Positions 19,582 through 29,917 are shown, counted from the first letter of the stretch. The stretch is 64,000 nt of DNA from Polyangiaceae bacterium (GCA_044376115.1 JBILLK010000012.1:194990-258989); one strand, 5' to 3'. Program-made: numbers and translations. Notes: a model not told the origin generated them from the sequence alone.

Positions 19582-20397
19582 ATGTCGGGAAAGACGACTG
19601 AAGAGGACAATGCACCGTTCGACAAGTTTGAGCTTATTTCTGCCATCGTATTAGGACTCGGTGCATTGGGCGGCGCTTGGGCTGGTTACCAGGCCGGACT
19701 ATGGGGCGGTAATCAGGCGACAGCTTACGCTGAAGCCGCCAATATGATGAGTGAGGCGGCTGGCATTTATACGGAAGCGTCCTCTGCCGGCTTGGATGCG
19801 TCGATGGTGGGCAATCGCGATGCCGACATCGATCTTCAGACCAAGCGCCTCTTGTTCGAGGCTGACCATTCTGAGGATCCTGAGCTCAAGAAACGCAACA
19901 TCTACACTGCCAAGTACCTCTATATCGATCAGTTGAGTGACGAGGCGCAAAAGCACCTCGGGCTTCCCAAGCAGGACGATTTCGAGAAGCTAACTGACGC
20001 CGAGCTGATCGCAGCGAATCAGAAGAGCCTCGACGAAAAGTACTTCGACGAAATCTACAAAGATGCGGAGAGCGAATACGATCGCGCAGAGGCGCGACAG
20101 AAAGAAGCTCGTAAAAAGTTCTTTGAAGGCCAAGTAGCCAACTACAACGGGGACCTCCTCGAGCTGACGGCCGTGCTCTACACAGTTTGCTTGTTCCTGG
20201 CCGGCATTGGTCTGGTGTTTAAGACCAACATCAAGTGGGGGTTTTTGGTGATGGCCTCACTAGGACTGGTTGGCTCAACAGTCCACCTTTCCCGCAACCC
20301 TTGGACCTCCGTTGAAGCGCCCAAGTTCGAGGAGGACTCGAAGCCCACCGAATCCTCGAGCACGCCAGCCGCGTCAGCCTCCGCCGCACCAAAGTGA
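19582..20397 (+). CDS. Hypothetical membrane protein (DUF4337-like topology)
   Basis: One N-terminal TM, soluble helical loop, two C-terminal TMs; GGAGG RBS. Confidence 0.65.
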   Translation: MSGKTTEEDNAPFDKFELISAIVLGLGALGGAWAGYQAGLWGGNQATAYAEAANMMSEAAGIYTEASSAGLDASMVGNRDADIDLQTKRLLFEADHSEDPELKKRNIYTAKYLYIDQLSDEAQKHLGLPKQDDFEKLTDAELIAANQKSLDEKYFDEIYKDAESEYDRAEARQKEARKKFFEGQVANYNGDLLELTAVLYTVCLFLAGIGLVFKTNIKWGFLVMASLGLVGSTVHLSRNPWTSVEAPKFEEDSKPTESSSTPAASASAAPK

Positions 20398-20422
20398 ATT
20401 GCCCAGGCCGCGCCAACGCGCG

Positions 20423-22291
20423 CTAATTCTTGTTGGGAACGGCCGTCTTCTTGGAGGCGGCCTTCTTCTTGGGGGCCGTCTTCTTGGAGGCGGCCTTCTT
20501 CTTGGGAACGGCCTTCTTCTTGGGAACGGCCGTCTTCTTGGGAACGGCCGTCTTCTTGGGAACGGCCGTCTTCTTGGGAACGGCCGTCTTCTTGGGAACG
20601 GCCGTCTTCTTGGAGGCGGCCTTCTTCTTGGGAACGGCCGTCTTCTTGGAGGCGGCCTTCTTCTTGGGGGCCGGCTTCTTGGAGGCGGCCTTCTTCTGGG
20701 GAACAACCGTCTTCTTGGAGGAAGCCTTCTTCTTCGGAGCTGCCTTCTTCGGAGTGGCCTTGTGCTTGGGAGCAGCCTTCTCGGGTGAGGTTGAATCGCT
20801 GCTTACGACACTCGTACCCATGCCCGGTGGCCAACCATCACCCCAGCCGTCGACCACTTCAATCCGTGCGAGGATCTGCCTTAGTGCTGTTTTCCCGGAT
20901 GGCAGACGACGGATAGGTCGCCTCTCACGGAGTGCAGCGACCATCGTCACAATGTCAGTGGAGCGACTTGCGGCCGCCTCGCCGGCCGACGGCATCTCGA
21001 AATCATCAAACGAGAAGACCTCAATTGAATCAGTTGGCAACCCCAGCTGTTCACAGAGCTCGGATGCGTTCAAGAACACCTTGTCAGCTAGTTCACCTTG
21101 ACCCAACCTCACTATGAGCCACTCGGCTGGCCCAAGACTTTGTTTCAGCCTACGACCTTCCTCGGGAGTCAAATCTTCAATATCGAAGCCGAGCGGCACA
21201 GCGCAAACGGAGCCGCGCAGCGTCAATTCAACAGGGCCGTGTGCTCTCTCATCGATAGCCCACTCACCACTGGCGCTACGCGTAGCTCCAGTAAGCAGAT
21301 AGGTTGTTGAATTATCCGCATTCCAGCGAACGATAGCTTCCTCGGGAAGGAGAACGGATTGTCGTGAAAGGAAGCCCTTCGACTGCAATACCGGGGAGAA
21401 CGGAGCGACGGTTCGGCTGATGCCTCCATCTCCCAACCCAGTCATTAGGCTTTGGAAAACCAACGCATCTCCCATTGGCGACACGAGGCCGGTAACCCGC
21501 ATTGCGCCTGTAAAGTAATTCGCATTGTCCCACATTGGGTAGTCGTAGGCGGCAAACCTAGCGTCCATCGAAGCCAGCGTTACCGCAGGGCCGCGCGCCA
21601 CGGATAGCGCCACAGTATCCGAAAGGATACTTCGCGCACTCTTGGGAACCGATGAAGTGGATAGACCCAAGCGCTCAAATAGGCTGGGCGCGTTGGCTCC
21701 AGCCCAGCGAATCGCATGTTCATACAAGCCGTCCGCGTCCTCCTCAGCAAGCATGTTCACGGCCTCCAGCGCCACTGGGTGTTGCTGTTCGGCTTTCGCT
21801 AGCAGCCAGGCGTACCCCATCCTCGGATTGGCCGCGCACCAGACAAGTACAAAAGGCCTGCGATCACTTCCTCGCGCATCGAGCGCCACCCGAAATGCTT
21901 CCTGGGATTCTATGGCAAGCAAGCATGGCCGAATACACCAAGGCATATTGCTGCTTGGATCCTTGGATAGATGGTCAGCCAACCAAGGCAATATCCCAGC
22001 GCCATATCGCTCAAAGGGACCGACATTGGCCATCCCACGCGGCTGCATCTTCCACGTAAGTCGCCGCGCTTCACGCACGAACTCCTCTGCGTCTTCAAGA
22101 CTCAAGAGGGCTGCCCAATGTACGTCGGAGTCCAACACGTGGTGGGTTCCGATCGTGCGGCCCGCTCCTTTCACGAAGGCATCGCGGTCTGCGACGATGG
22201 CGCGCGCTTCAGCGAGGGGCATGAGACCACGGTGATCCATAGGGTCAACAGCGGCGTCCACCATCGCGCTGTTCATATAACCGGTCGTCAT
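20423..22291 (-). CDS. Hypothetical protein with histone H1-like Lys/Ala/Pro tail
   Basis: Globular region of about 500 aa, then about 115 aa of KKAAS/KKTAVP repeats; GGAGG RBS upstream. Confidence 0.75.
   Translation of the reverse strand: MTTGYMNSAMVDAAVDPMDHRGLMPLAEARAIVADRDAFVKGAGRTIGTHHVLDSDVHWAALLSLEDAEEFVREARRLTWKMQPRGMANVGPFERYGAGILPWLADHLSKDPSSNMPWCIRPCLLAIESQEAFRVALDARGSDRRPFVLVWCAANPRMGYAWLLAKAEQQHPVALEAVNMLAEEDADGLYEHAIRWAGANAPSLFERLGLSTSSVPKSARSILSDTVALSVARGPAVTLASMDARFAAYDYPMWDNANYFTGAMRVTGLVSPMGDALVFQSLMTGLGDGGISRTVAPFSPVLQSKGFLSRQSVLLPEEAIVRWNADNSTTYLLTGATRSASGEWAIDERAHGPVELTLRGSVCAVPLGFDIEDLTPEEGRRLKQSLGPAEWLIVRLGQGELADKVFLNASELCEQLGLPTDSIEVFSFDDFEMPSAGEAAASRSTDIVTMVAALRERRPIRRLPSGKTALRQILARIEVVDGWGDGWPPGMGTSVVSSDSTSPEKAAPKHKATPKKAAPKKKASSKKTVVPQKKAASKKPAPKKKAASKKTAVPKKKAASKKTAVPKKTAVPKKTAVPKKTAVPKKTAVPKKKAVPKKKAASKKTAPKKKAASKKTAVPNKN
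20516..20605. repeat. Five perfect tandem copies of 18-bp CTTCTTGGGAACGGCCGT within a larger degenerate array (about 20427-20780)
   Basis: Read directly from the sequence; encodes KKTAVP on the minus strand. Confidence 0.92.
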
Positions 22292-22399
22292 TCCGTCCTC
22301 CGTGACGGGTAGAGCAGATCACGGGTCAACGAAACCAGCACGGACTATTTTTTGGAAGGATGTGGGGGTCGCCACGATCCGCTAAGGTTCGAGAATCTC

Positions 22400-23338
22400 A
22401 TGGTCGCGTTCGTGCGCAGCAACAACGGAGTCCAGCTCGCCATACCCGCCGGCGGGCTACTCATCGGCAGAGGCTCGGCCTGTGGCATGGTGGTCGACGA
22501 CCCAAGCGTGAGCAGAAGGCACGCTTTGGTGCTGAGTGGAGACCGTGGCACGCTAATCGTGCCGCTTGGTCGCCGCCCAACCGAGGTCAATGGCGTGCCC
22601 ATCACCACGCCCACCGAAGTGGATGACGGCACAACCGTCACGGTCGGCCCAACGACATTTCGGATCGACATTCCGCCGCCGCCACTAACCGAGCAACAGC
22701 TGATCGAGATCGGTGGACAGCGCTACTCTGTCTCAAAGTCGAGCATGCGCGTGGGTGGCAGCTCGAAGGATGATCTCGTGGTGCCGAGCTGGCCGGAGCA
22801 CGCGCTTTCGCTGCTCCCGATTCCAGGCGCCGTGATTGTCGAGTTCGCACAAGACCTCCCGGAGTTACAAGCCGTTCAAGGCGAAGTTCGTGAACTTTCA
22901 GCGGGGCAGGAGCTCGTTCTGAACGGCATCACCATGCGTGTGATTCTGAGTCACTCGGGTTCAACAACCACCATTGAAGGGGTGCTCGCCCCAACCCGAG
23001 TGCGACTTGAATTCTTACCCAACGGCGGTTTGTTGTCGGTCTTTTTGGACAGGGAATACACGGCTTGGCTTGCCGACAAGCGATGCGATTTGGTCGCGGC
23101 GCTATTGCGCCCTACAGGGGATTTCTCGGCAGGTGAGTTCGTTCCAGATGACGTTCTTGTGCGCCTTATCTGGGGAACGGACGCTGCAACACGAGCTCAG
23201 CTCAATACCTTGATCCATCGAGCGCGCAAGTCGCTCACGCTCGCTGGGCTCAACGGGCCCGCGTTGATTCAACGAGCGCCAGGCGGCGGAGCAACCCGCT
23301 TCTCGATGGTGCAGAACGCGGAGGTCTCGGTCGTCTAG
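22400..23338 (+). CDS. FHA-domain protein with probable C-terminal winged-helix output domain
   Basis: IGRG..C..VVDDPSVSRRHA and VNG FHA motifs; second FHA-like segment; LIWG...LNTLIHRARKSL. Confidence 0.75.
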   Translation: MVAFVRSNNGVQLAIPAGGLLIGRGSACGMVVDDPSVSRRHALVLSGDRGTLIVPLGRRPTEVNGVPITTPTEVDDGTTVTVGPTTFRIDIPPPPLTEQQLIEIGGQRYSVSKSSMRVGGSSKDDLVVPSWPEHALSLLPIPGAVIVEFAQDLPELQAVQGEVRELSAGQELVLNGITMRVILSHSGSTTTIEGVLAPTRVRLEFLPNGGLLSVFLDREYTAWLADKRCDLVAALLRPTGDFSAGEFVPDDVLVRLIWGTDAATRAQLNTLIHRARKSLTLAGLNGPALIQRAPGGGATRFSMVQNAEVSVV

Positions 23339-24066
23339 CTGGGGACGTTGAGGGCCTGCTCCAGCGGGCTCTTCGCCATCGTGACCTTGCGCCCAGCAGC
23401 GGTGGGATCGCTTGGGAGACCAAGCTTCCGGCGAACCTCCACAAGCGGCTCCGCCCAGTGCGCCGCCCAGTCAAAACCGAAGAATGGTTGCGCTTGACTC
23501 CCAAGTTGCCAGCCGTGCGTGATGGCGTCCATCCGTCGCTTGTAGTCCGGTGTGGCGTACAGGGCGGTGTTTAGCAAGCCTATCGAAAGCAGCACCATCG
23601 ACAGACGCGCCTCAAACTGAGTCATGTAAAACGCCTGTAGGCCGAGCTCCCCCGCAACGTCGACGTCAAAACCGGTTGCGGTGTGCCACACATCGTGGGT
23701 TTCCCGCAGATGCGCGAAGACGTAACCCGCATGGGTGCCATCATCCTGCCGCTGTTGAACGGCTGCTGGATCCAAACCACGCCGGCGCATGTCGCTGGCA
23801 AACGAGTGCCCGAGCGAGCCAACAGGAAGCCTGAGCATCGCTTCGAAGTCGAGCTTGCCGAGCCTGGGCCGAGATTCAAACACCGACTTGAAGCGGGCAT
23901 CGTTCGAGAATCCGTCGACGATCGCCCGCCCCCCCTCGCTGCGTTCGAGTTTGTCGAGAATTGCGAATACCTGCTCGAGCTTGTTCAAATCGCGAGCAAG
24001 CGCGATGAAGGCTACTACGGCTCTAGCCCCAGAAATTGCATTACTAATCGCGTTCACGTTTGACAA
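23335..24066 (-). CDS. Coq4-family protein
   Basis: LPVGSLG, ETHDVWHTATGF...GELGLQAF (HDxxH...E metal motif). Confidence 0.82.
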   Translation of the reverse strand: MSNVNAISNAISGARAVVAFIALARDLNKLEQVFAILDKLERSEGGRAIVDGFSNDARFKSVFESRPRLGKLDFEAMLRLPVGSLGHSFASDMRRRGLDPAAVQQRQDDGTHAGYVFAHLRETHDVWHTATGFDVDVAGELGLQAFYMTQFEARLSMVLLSIGLLNTALYATPDYKRRMDAITHGWQLGSQAQPFFGFDWAAHWAEPLVEVRRKLGLPSDPTAAGRKVTMAKSPLEQALNVPS

Positions 24067-24071
24067 GATAC

Positions 24072-24083
24072 GAGCGAAAGCTC
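24072..24083. promoter_or_regulatory. Palindrome, candidate TetR operator
   Basis: GAGC-GAAA-GCTC in the short gap between the divergent Coq4-like and TetR genes. Confidence 0.35.
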
Positions 24084-24100
24084 ACATTGACAACTCGCAT

Positions 24101-24718
24101 ATGAATCGCCTTTCCACATCGGCCATTCGTCCACGCAAACAACCTTCTCAAGTGCGCTCTCGAGAGACAGTGTTAGCCATTGTTGAAGCGACTGCTCACA
24201 TTCTAAGCGAGGTTGGCTATGACGGGTTGACCACGAACGCTGTAGCAACCCGAGCGGGAGTGAGTATCGGCTCGCTCTACCAGTATTTCCCGAGCAAGGA
24301 CGCGCTGGTTGCTGACCTGGTCGACCGACACTGTGAACGAATGAACGCACTTTTCGGGGCTGTCTTTATGCGTGCCCTGACTTTGCCACCGCGCGAGCTG
24401 GCCCGTGCAGTGGTTGAGGCCATCCTGATGACCAAGTTGGAGAATCCCGCATTGTCGCGAGTGCTACGGGAGCAGCTGCCCCGCGTAGGGGGTCTGCAGC
24501 GCCTCGAGGAGAGCCTGCGGCAGGTCACCCAGGTGGTCGCGACGTACCTTGCTTCTCATCGTGAACTGCTCCGCGTCACAGACCCAGAAAGAGCGGCCTT
24601 CTACGCGGTAACTATGGGAGAGAGCCTCACCATGGCGGTTGCAACGCAGCGACCAGAAGAGGCGGAAACGGCCATCGACGAGATCACCGACGCTGTCGTT
24701 CGTTATTTGTTCAAGTAA
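24101..24718 (+). CDS. TetR/AcrR-family transcriptional regulator
   Basis: RKQPSQVRS...TTNAVATRAGVSIGSLYQYFPSKDAL. Confidence 0.93.
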   Translation: MNRLSTSAIRPRKQPSQVRSRETVLAIVEATAHILSEVGYDGLTTNAVATRAGVSIGSLYQYFPSKDALVADLVDRHCERMNALFGAVFMRALTLPPRELARAVVEAILMTKLENPALSRVLREQLPRVGGLQRLEESLRQVTQVVATYLASHRELLRVTDPERAAFYAVTMGESLTMAVATQRPEEAETAIDEITDAVVRYLFK

Positions 24719-24733
24719 GCAGGATGGGTCCGC

Positions 24734-25285
24734 ATGAAGTCGTTCGGTAGAGGCACCAAGAAGAAGCTGGTTGCGTTGTTCGCACTGCTTCTCATCGTTC
24801 CTGCGGTGGGGTACGCCGCGCACAGTTCCAACCTTGGTTCACTCAAGAGCGCTGGCTTCGAGGTCGGGGACCTCCGTGCCATGGACGGGGATGGTAAGGA
24901 GCAGCGACTGGGTGACCTGCGCGGTTCCAAGGTCGTGGTCTTTTTTTACCCACGAGATGAGACACCAGGCTGCACCACCGAGGCCTGCGCTTTTCGTGAC
25001 CAGTGGGCTCGCTTTGAAGAGGCTGGGGTTAAGGTCATCGGGGTCTCGGGAGGCACCGCCTCGGGCAAGGCAGACTTCGCCAAAAAGCAGAGGCTTCCCT
25101 TTCCGCTCGTTACCGATGAGGACCTTTCATGGGCGCGCGCGTTTGGGGTCAGAGTTTTACTGGGCATTCCCTCGCGCACGAGCTTTTTGCTGGACCGCGA
25201 GGGTCGCATTAGCAAAGTCTACGAGAACGTAGATCCCGGACTTCATGCCGACGAAGTTCTAAAGGACGCAGCGGCGATCCAATAG
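24734..25285 (+). CDS. Peroxiredoxin, BCP/PrxQ type
   Basis: FFYPRDETPGCTTEACAFRD; N-terminal signal/TM. Confidence 0.9.
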   Translation: MKSFGRGTKKKLVALFALLLIVPAVGYAAHSSNLGSLKSAGFEVGDLRAMDGDGKEQRLGDLRGSKVVVFFYPRDETPGCTTEACAFRDQWARFEEAGVKVIGVSGGTASGKADFAKKQRLPFPLVTDEDLSWARAFGVRVLLGIPSRTSFLLDREGRISKVYENVDPGLHADEVLKDAAAIQ

Positions 25286-25286
25286 C

Positions 25287-27077
25287 TCAGAGATACCCGT
25301 CTCGCTGCAACTGAAAGAGTTGCGCATAGACGCCACCTGAAGCGACGAGCTCCTCGTGCGTACCGCGCTCGCGCACCTCCCCTCGGTCAAGTACTACGAT
25401 ATGGTCTGCACGACGTACGGTAGGAAAGCGATGCGATATCAAGATGGACGTACGCCCTTTCGTCAGATCAACAAAGCGCTCGAACAGCGTAGACTCGGCC
25501 TGCGCGTCAAGAGCCGCAGTCGGTTCATCAAGAATCAAGATTGGTGCCTTGTCTCGAGCGAAAGCGCGCGAAAGCGCAATCGACTGCCATTCGCCTCCCG
25601 ACAATTCAGCACCGTCGTCGAACCATTTACCAAGTTGCGAGTCGAGCCGGCCTGGTAGCCGCGACAAGAGCTCCTTCGCCCCACCTTTGACAGCAGCTTC
25701 CTCGAGGTGCGGATCGTCGGCAAGCCGAGTTGGCTCTCCAAACCCAACGTTTTCACGCACCGTCAATTGGTAGCGGGAGAAGTCTTGAAACACGACGGCG
25801 AACTCTTTCGCTCGTTCGACCTCGGGGATTGAGGAGACCTCACGGCCATTGAGCAGCACGTGCCCTTCGGTAGGCACGTAAAGCCCCAAAATGAGCTTCA
25901 CTAGCGTACTCTTGCCCGCTCCATTGAAGCCAACGAGCGCCAAACTCTTACCAGGCGGGACGTCCAGGCTCAGATTCCGAACGGCAAAGCTCTGAGCACC
26001 AGGATAGCGAAAGGAAACGGCCTGCAGGGATAGGCCAATTGGAGGGCCGTCGGTTGAGGGGACCGCTCCAGGAACTCCGCGCCCGGTGGTGATCGCTCGG
26101 TCCAAGTAACCAAACAGGTTCGACAAATAAAGGGCATGCTCATGCATACCGCCCAACGTAGTAAGGACGCTCTCAAAGCTCTGTTGACCCTGCCGGAAAG
26201 CGGCCGCGTAAAGGGTCATCTCGCCGAGAGTGATGGCGCCCTCCGTCGCCGCAAATACCATAGTAGCGTAAACGCCATAGTAAACGCCGGTAGCCAGGAG
26301 CGAGAGCAAGGTACCCCAGCGGGTGCGGCGTCCAAGCAAGGCAGCGTCTTCCTCGATGATGCGCGCACCCAGCGTCTTGTAGCGCTCGAGGAGCAGCGAC
26401 CCAACGCCAAGAATCTTCACCTCCTTTGCATGGTCGTCGCTGGCCATCACCCGCTCCAAGTACATCAGCCGCCGGGTGTCAGGGCTGCGCCAATTGCGCA
26501 TTCGGAAGGCGAGCTTGCCGAAGTATCGCTCAGCGAGCGTGGCAGGCACGCTCGCGATAGCGAGGGCCAAACAAGCGAGCGGGCTGTAAGAAAAGAGCAA
26601 TACGGCGTAACCGGATAGCGTCAATATCGAGCGTCCGATATCGAGTGTCTCGGTAACGACCAGCATGGGTCGGCTAGAGGCTTCTCGTCGCGCACGGGTC
26701 AGCTGATCGTAGAACGCCGGGGTTTCGAAGTCCGTTAGGTCGAGCGTCAGCGCCTTCTCGAGAATCTTCACGTTCACGTCATGCCCAAGCCTCGCGCCCA
26801 GCCGTTGACGGAGAAACATGGTGCTCCGCTGCACGACGAACAACGACAAGACGAGGAGCACCTCGAGCAGAATGAAGCGGCGAACGGCTGGGACATCGCC
26901 CGCGACCACGGAATCCACCAACGTCTTTCCGACCCAGATGATGGCGGGGGGAATGCCCGACTGAACCAAGGTGAGCACGACGATCAGCGCAATTCTTCGT
27001 GGGGCGCTTTCATAGGCCATGCGGGCAGCCCGCGGCAGAAGTCGCATCACGCTCTGGAACTCCGACAGACGGCTCAC
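25287..27077 (-). CDS. ABC exporter, fused permease/ATP-binding protein
   Basis: TM domain; GFNGAGKS, LSGGEWQ, ILDEPT, ISHR. Confidence 0.93.
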   Translation of the reverse strand: MSRLSEFQSVMRLLPRAARMAYESAPRRIALIVVLTLVQSGIPPAIIWVGKTLVDSVVAGDVPAVRRFILLEVLLVLSLFVVQRSTMFLRQRLGARLGHDVNVKILEKALTLDLTDFETPAFYDQLTRARREASSRPMLVVTETLDIGRSILTLSGYAVLLFSYSPLACLALAIASVPATLAERYFGKLAFRMRNWRSPDTRRLMYLERVMASDDHAKEVKILGVGSLLLERYKTLGARIIEEDAALLGRRTRWGTLLSLLATGVYYGVYATMVFAATEGAITLGEMTLYAAAFRQGQQSFESVLTTLGGMHEHALYLSNLFGYLDRAITTGRGVPGAVPSTDGPPIGLSLQAVSFRYPGAQSFAVRNLSLDVPPGKSLALVGFNGAGKSTLVKLILGLYVPTEGHVLLNGREVSSIPEVERAKEFAVVFQDFSRYQLTVRENVGFGEPTRLADDPHLEEAAVKGGAKELLSRLPGRLDSQLGKWFDDGAELSGGEWQSIALSRAFARDKAPILILDEPTAALDAQAESTLFERFVDLTKGRTSILISHRFPTVRRADHIVVLDRGEVRERGTHEELVASGGVYAQLFQLQRDGYL

Positions 27078-27223
27078 GCGCCTGTCTTAACACCCAAGAA
27101 CCAAAGTGCTCCTACCGATCGCCTGAACCGCTACCCGCACCTCGGGTTCTGTGTCAGAACGCGGAGATTCAACTCAATGTTGATGTCGCAAGAATGACCC
27201 GGGCTCTCTGAAGGTGGTTCGCC

Positions 27224-28411
27224 ATGACTCTTCCCCGCAACATCTACGTAGTCGCTGCAACCCGCACCCCCATTGGTGCCTTCCTCGGCTCGCTGAGCTC
27301 CATCACTGCGCCGCACCTCGGTGCTGCAGCGATCAAGGGCGCTCTTGAGCGAGCAAAGCTCCAGCCGGACGCAATTGACGAGGTCTACATGGGCAACGTC
27401 CTCTCCGCTGGGGTCGGACAGGCGCCCGCGCGCCAGGCGCTCATCTACGCGGGCCTCCCGGATCGCGTTCCCGCGACGACGGTTGGCAAAGTCTGTGGCT
27501 CCGGTTTGCAAGCAGTGGTTTTGGCAACGCGGGGTCTAGCGCTCGGCGATACCGAGATCGCTGTCGCTGGTGGCATGGAGTCGATGTCCAACGTCCCCTA
27601 CTACCTCCCGCAAGCCCGCACCGGCGCTCGTATGGGCCACGGCAAGATGGTGGATGGGATGATTCACGACGGGCTTTGGGACCCCTATGGCGACTTCCAT
27701 ATGGGCATCGCCGGAGAAAAGTGCGCCAAGGAGTTCAGCTTCTCTAGGGAGGAGCAAGACGCCTTCGCAGCGGAAAGCTTCCGCCGAGCTCTTGCCGCCC
27801 AAAAAGAAGGCCACTTCAAGAACGAGATTGTTGGCGTCAGCGTCGCTCAAAAGAAGGGAGACGCTTTGTTGGTAAGTGAGGATGAGGGCCCGCCGAACGG
27901 GCGTCCCGACAAGTTCCCCACGCTTCGTCCGGCCTTTGCCAAGGATGGGACCATCACGGCTGCCAACGCATCGAGCATCAACGACGGTGCGAGCGCGCTC
28001 ATTCTCGCCTCCGAGGACGCAGTCAAGAAACACAACCTCACGCCCCTAGCTCGAATCGTTGGTTACGGCGGTGCAGCCCAAGCGCCCGAGTGGTTTACCA
28101 CCGCGCCAGCAAAGGCAATCGAGCACACCACCAAGAAACTCGGCCTCAGCACAAAGGACATCGATCTTTACGAGATCAACGAGGCCTTCGCAGTTGTTAC
28201 GATGGCTTGCAACAAGCTGTGCGATCTCGACCCGGCGACTGTCAATGTTCGCGGTGGAGCCGTTGCTCTTGGGCATCCCATCGGGGCGAGCGGCGCGCGT
28301 ATTCTAACGACGCTCATCCATTCGCTGCGCGACCTCAAGAAGAAGCGTGGGCTTGCGACCTTGTGCATCGGCGGCGGTGAAGCCGTGGCTGTGGTTGTCG
28401 AGACGGTCTGA
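27224..28411 (+). CDS. Acetyl-CoA C-acetyltransferase (thiolase)
   Basis: KVCGSG, AGGMESMS, NEAFA, GHPIGASG, LCIGGG. Confidence 0.95.
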   Translation: MTLPRNIYVVAATRTPIGAFLGSLSSITAPHLGAAAIKGALERAKLQPDAIDEVYMGNVLSAGVGQAPARQALIYAGLPDRVPATTVGKVCGSGLQAVVLATRGLALGDTEIAVAGGMESMSNVPYYLPQARTGARMGHGKMVDGMIHDGLWDPYGDFHMGIAGEKCAKEFSFSREEQDAFAAESFRRALAAQKEGHFKNEIVGVSVAQKKGDALLVSEDEGPPNGRPDKFPTLRPAFAKDGTITAANASSINDGASALILASEDAVKKHNLTPLARIVGYGGAAQAPEWFTTAPAKAIEHTTKKLGLSTKDIDLYEINEAFAVVTMACNKLCDLDPATVNVRGGAVALGHPIGASGARILTTLIHSLRDLKKKRGLATLCIGGGEAVAVVVETV

Positions 28412-28414
28412 GTA

Positions 28415-29248
28415 GTGATTCGGCCGGTTCGTATCAGTGAGCGAGTCGAGCGATTCTTCGCGCGGACTCCGACGCTGCCTCCTGCGACACACACCGAGAG
28501 CTACGCTCTTGGTTCGCGGGAGGTAGTCCTGGTCGAGCCGGCGACGCCCTACGAAGAGGAGCGCCGTGAGTGGGTGGCGTGGGCGCGTTCCCTCGAGTCC
28601 CAGGGGCGTTCGCTCGTGGCGCTGCTCATGACGCACCACCATCCTGACCACGTGGGAGGGGCCGAGTTCTTGGCTCGGGAACTTGGTCTCCCATTGTGGG
28701 GCCATGCGCGAGCACGCACGTTCGGACTGAACCTCGACCGCGAACTTGTCGACGGTGAGTTGCTCGTTCTGCAGGGGCCCACCAACTCGCAGTGGGAGGT
28801 GCTTCACACACCTGGCCACGCTTCAGACCATGTTTGCCTCCTGTCCAAGGAAGACGCGACACTCGTCGTTGGGGATATGGTTGCGAGCGTCGGGACAATC
28901 CTGATCGCGCCGGGCGACGGCAACATGATCGAGTACCTCGCGCAGCTCAGTCGACTCGAGAAGCTCGGTGCGACCCTCGCGCTCCCTGCACACGGCGACC
29001 CGATCGAGAACCCATCAAGGTTGTTCCGCGCGTACATCGCTCACCGCAGCATGCGTGAAGTTTGGATCGCCAAAGCTGTAGCGGCGCACCCAGGCTCTAA
29101 CCTCGATCAGTTGGTGAAGGTCGCCTACGCCGACACTCCTGTGGAGATCCACCCGATCGCCAAGCTCTCCCTCGCGGCCCATCTCGAGAAGCTCGTCATT
29201 GAGGGCCAAGTCGTTCTCCAGAATGAGCGTTACAGCCTTCCGAGCTGA
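28415..29248 (+). CDS. Metallo-beta-lactamase-fold hydrolase (LACTB2-like)
   Basis: THHHPDHVGG, TPGHASDH, VGD, PAHG; C-terminal wHTH-like segment. Confidence 0.88.
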   Translation: MIRPVRISERVERFFARTPTLPPATHTESYALGSREVVLVEPATPYEEERREWVAWARSLESQGRSLVALLMTHHHPDHVGGAEFLARELGLPLWGHARARTFGLNLDRELVDGELLVLQGPTNSQWEVLHTPGHASDHVCLLSKEDATLVVGDMVASVGTILIAPGDGNMIEYLAQLSRLEKLGATLALPAHGDPIENPSRLFRAYIAHRSMREVWIAKAVAAHPGSNLDQLVKVAYADTPVEIHPIAKLSLAAHLEKLVIEGQVVLQNERYSLPS

Positions 29249-29380
29249 CAGCACGCAGCCCATCTACCCTTCGGTATTCTCGAAATATCGTCATCGGTTC
29301 TTCGCCTAGACCTTTCTCGCATTGGACTTCACATAGGGTTGAAGTGGCCCGCTTTGGGTTGCTGTGGAGGAGGAGAACCG

Positions 29381-29917
29381 ATGCTAAGGAACGGACTTTG
29401 GAGCGCTCTTTTGGGTTGCGTGTTGCTCGTTGGCTGCGCGTCCCCATCGTGGGTCGTCCTTCGCCAAGAGGCAGCTCAAGAGCCGTTGGGACAGCGGATC
29501 TCGATCGAGCCACTCGATACATCGCACCTAGCCACCGTTCAGGGGCTCAACGAACCAACAAGCACGGCCAAGGCCAGCGCGGACTTCGTTGGCTATGCGA
29601 GTGAGGCCGCCAAAACGATTGGTGGACTCGCAGTAGAACAACAGGCGCCCGATCTCATCGTTCGCAGCAAAGTCGCGGAGGCGGACGCTGGCTTTGCCAG
29701 CACCATCTACACGCGACCGAGCAAACTCGTCATTCATGTCTCACTCGAACGACCGGACGGCCGCGTGTTGGAGGTGATCCAGCTGCAGAGCTCAACCAAC
29801 GTTTCGACTGACACAAAGACCTCAGCCGCCCGTCTCGAGCGCGATCTGAAGGTCGTAACGCAGCGGCTTGGCTCGTACCTCGCCGCGCGTACAAAGGGAC
29901 CGGAACAAGCGCGCTGA
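29381..29917 (+). CDS. Hypothetical lipoprotein
   Basis: Lipobox LVGC; GGAGGAG RBS. Confidence 0.7.
   Translation: MLRNGLWSALLGCVLLVGCASPSWVVLRQEAAQEPLGQRISIEPLDTSHLATVQGLNEPTSTAKASADFVGYASEAAKTIGGLAVEQQAPDLIVRSKVAEADAGFASTIYTRPSKLVIHVSLERPDGRVLEVIQLQSSTNVSTDTKTSAARLERDLKVVTQRLGSYLAARTKGPEQAR

Noticed and set aside
20427..20780. Repeat array as a possible CRISPR
   Set aside because: The units are contiguous with no unique spacers, keep the reading frame and encode a Lys-rich tail; no cas genes are present
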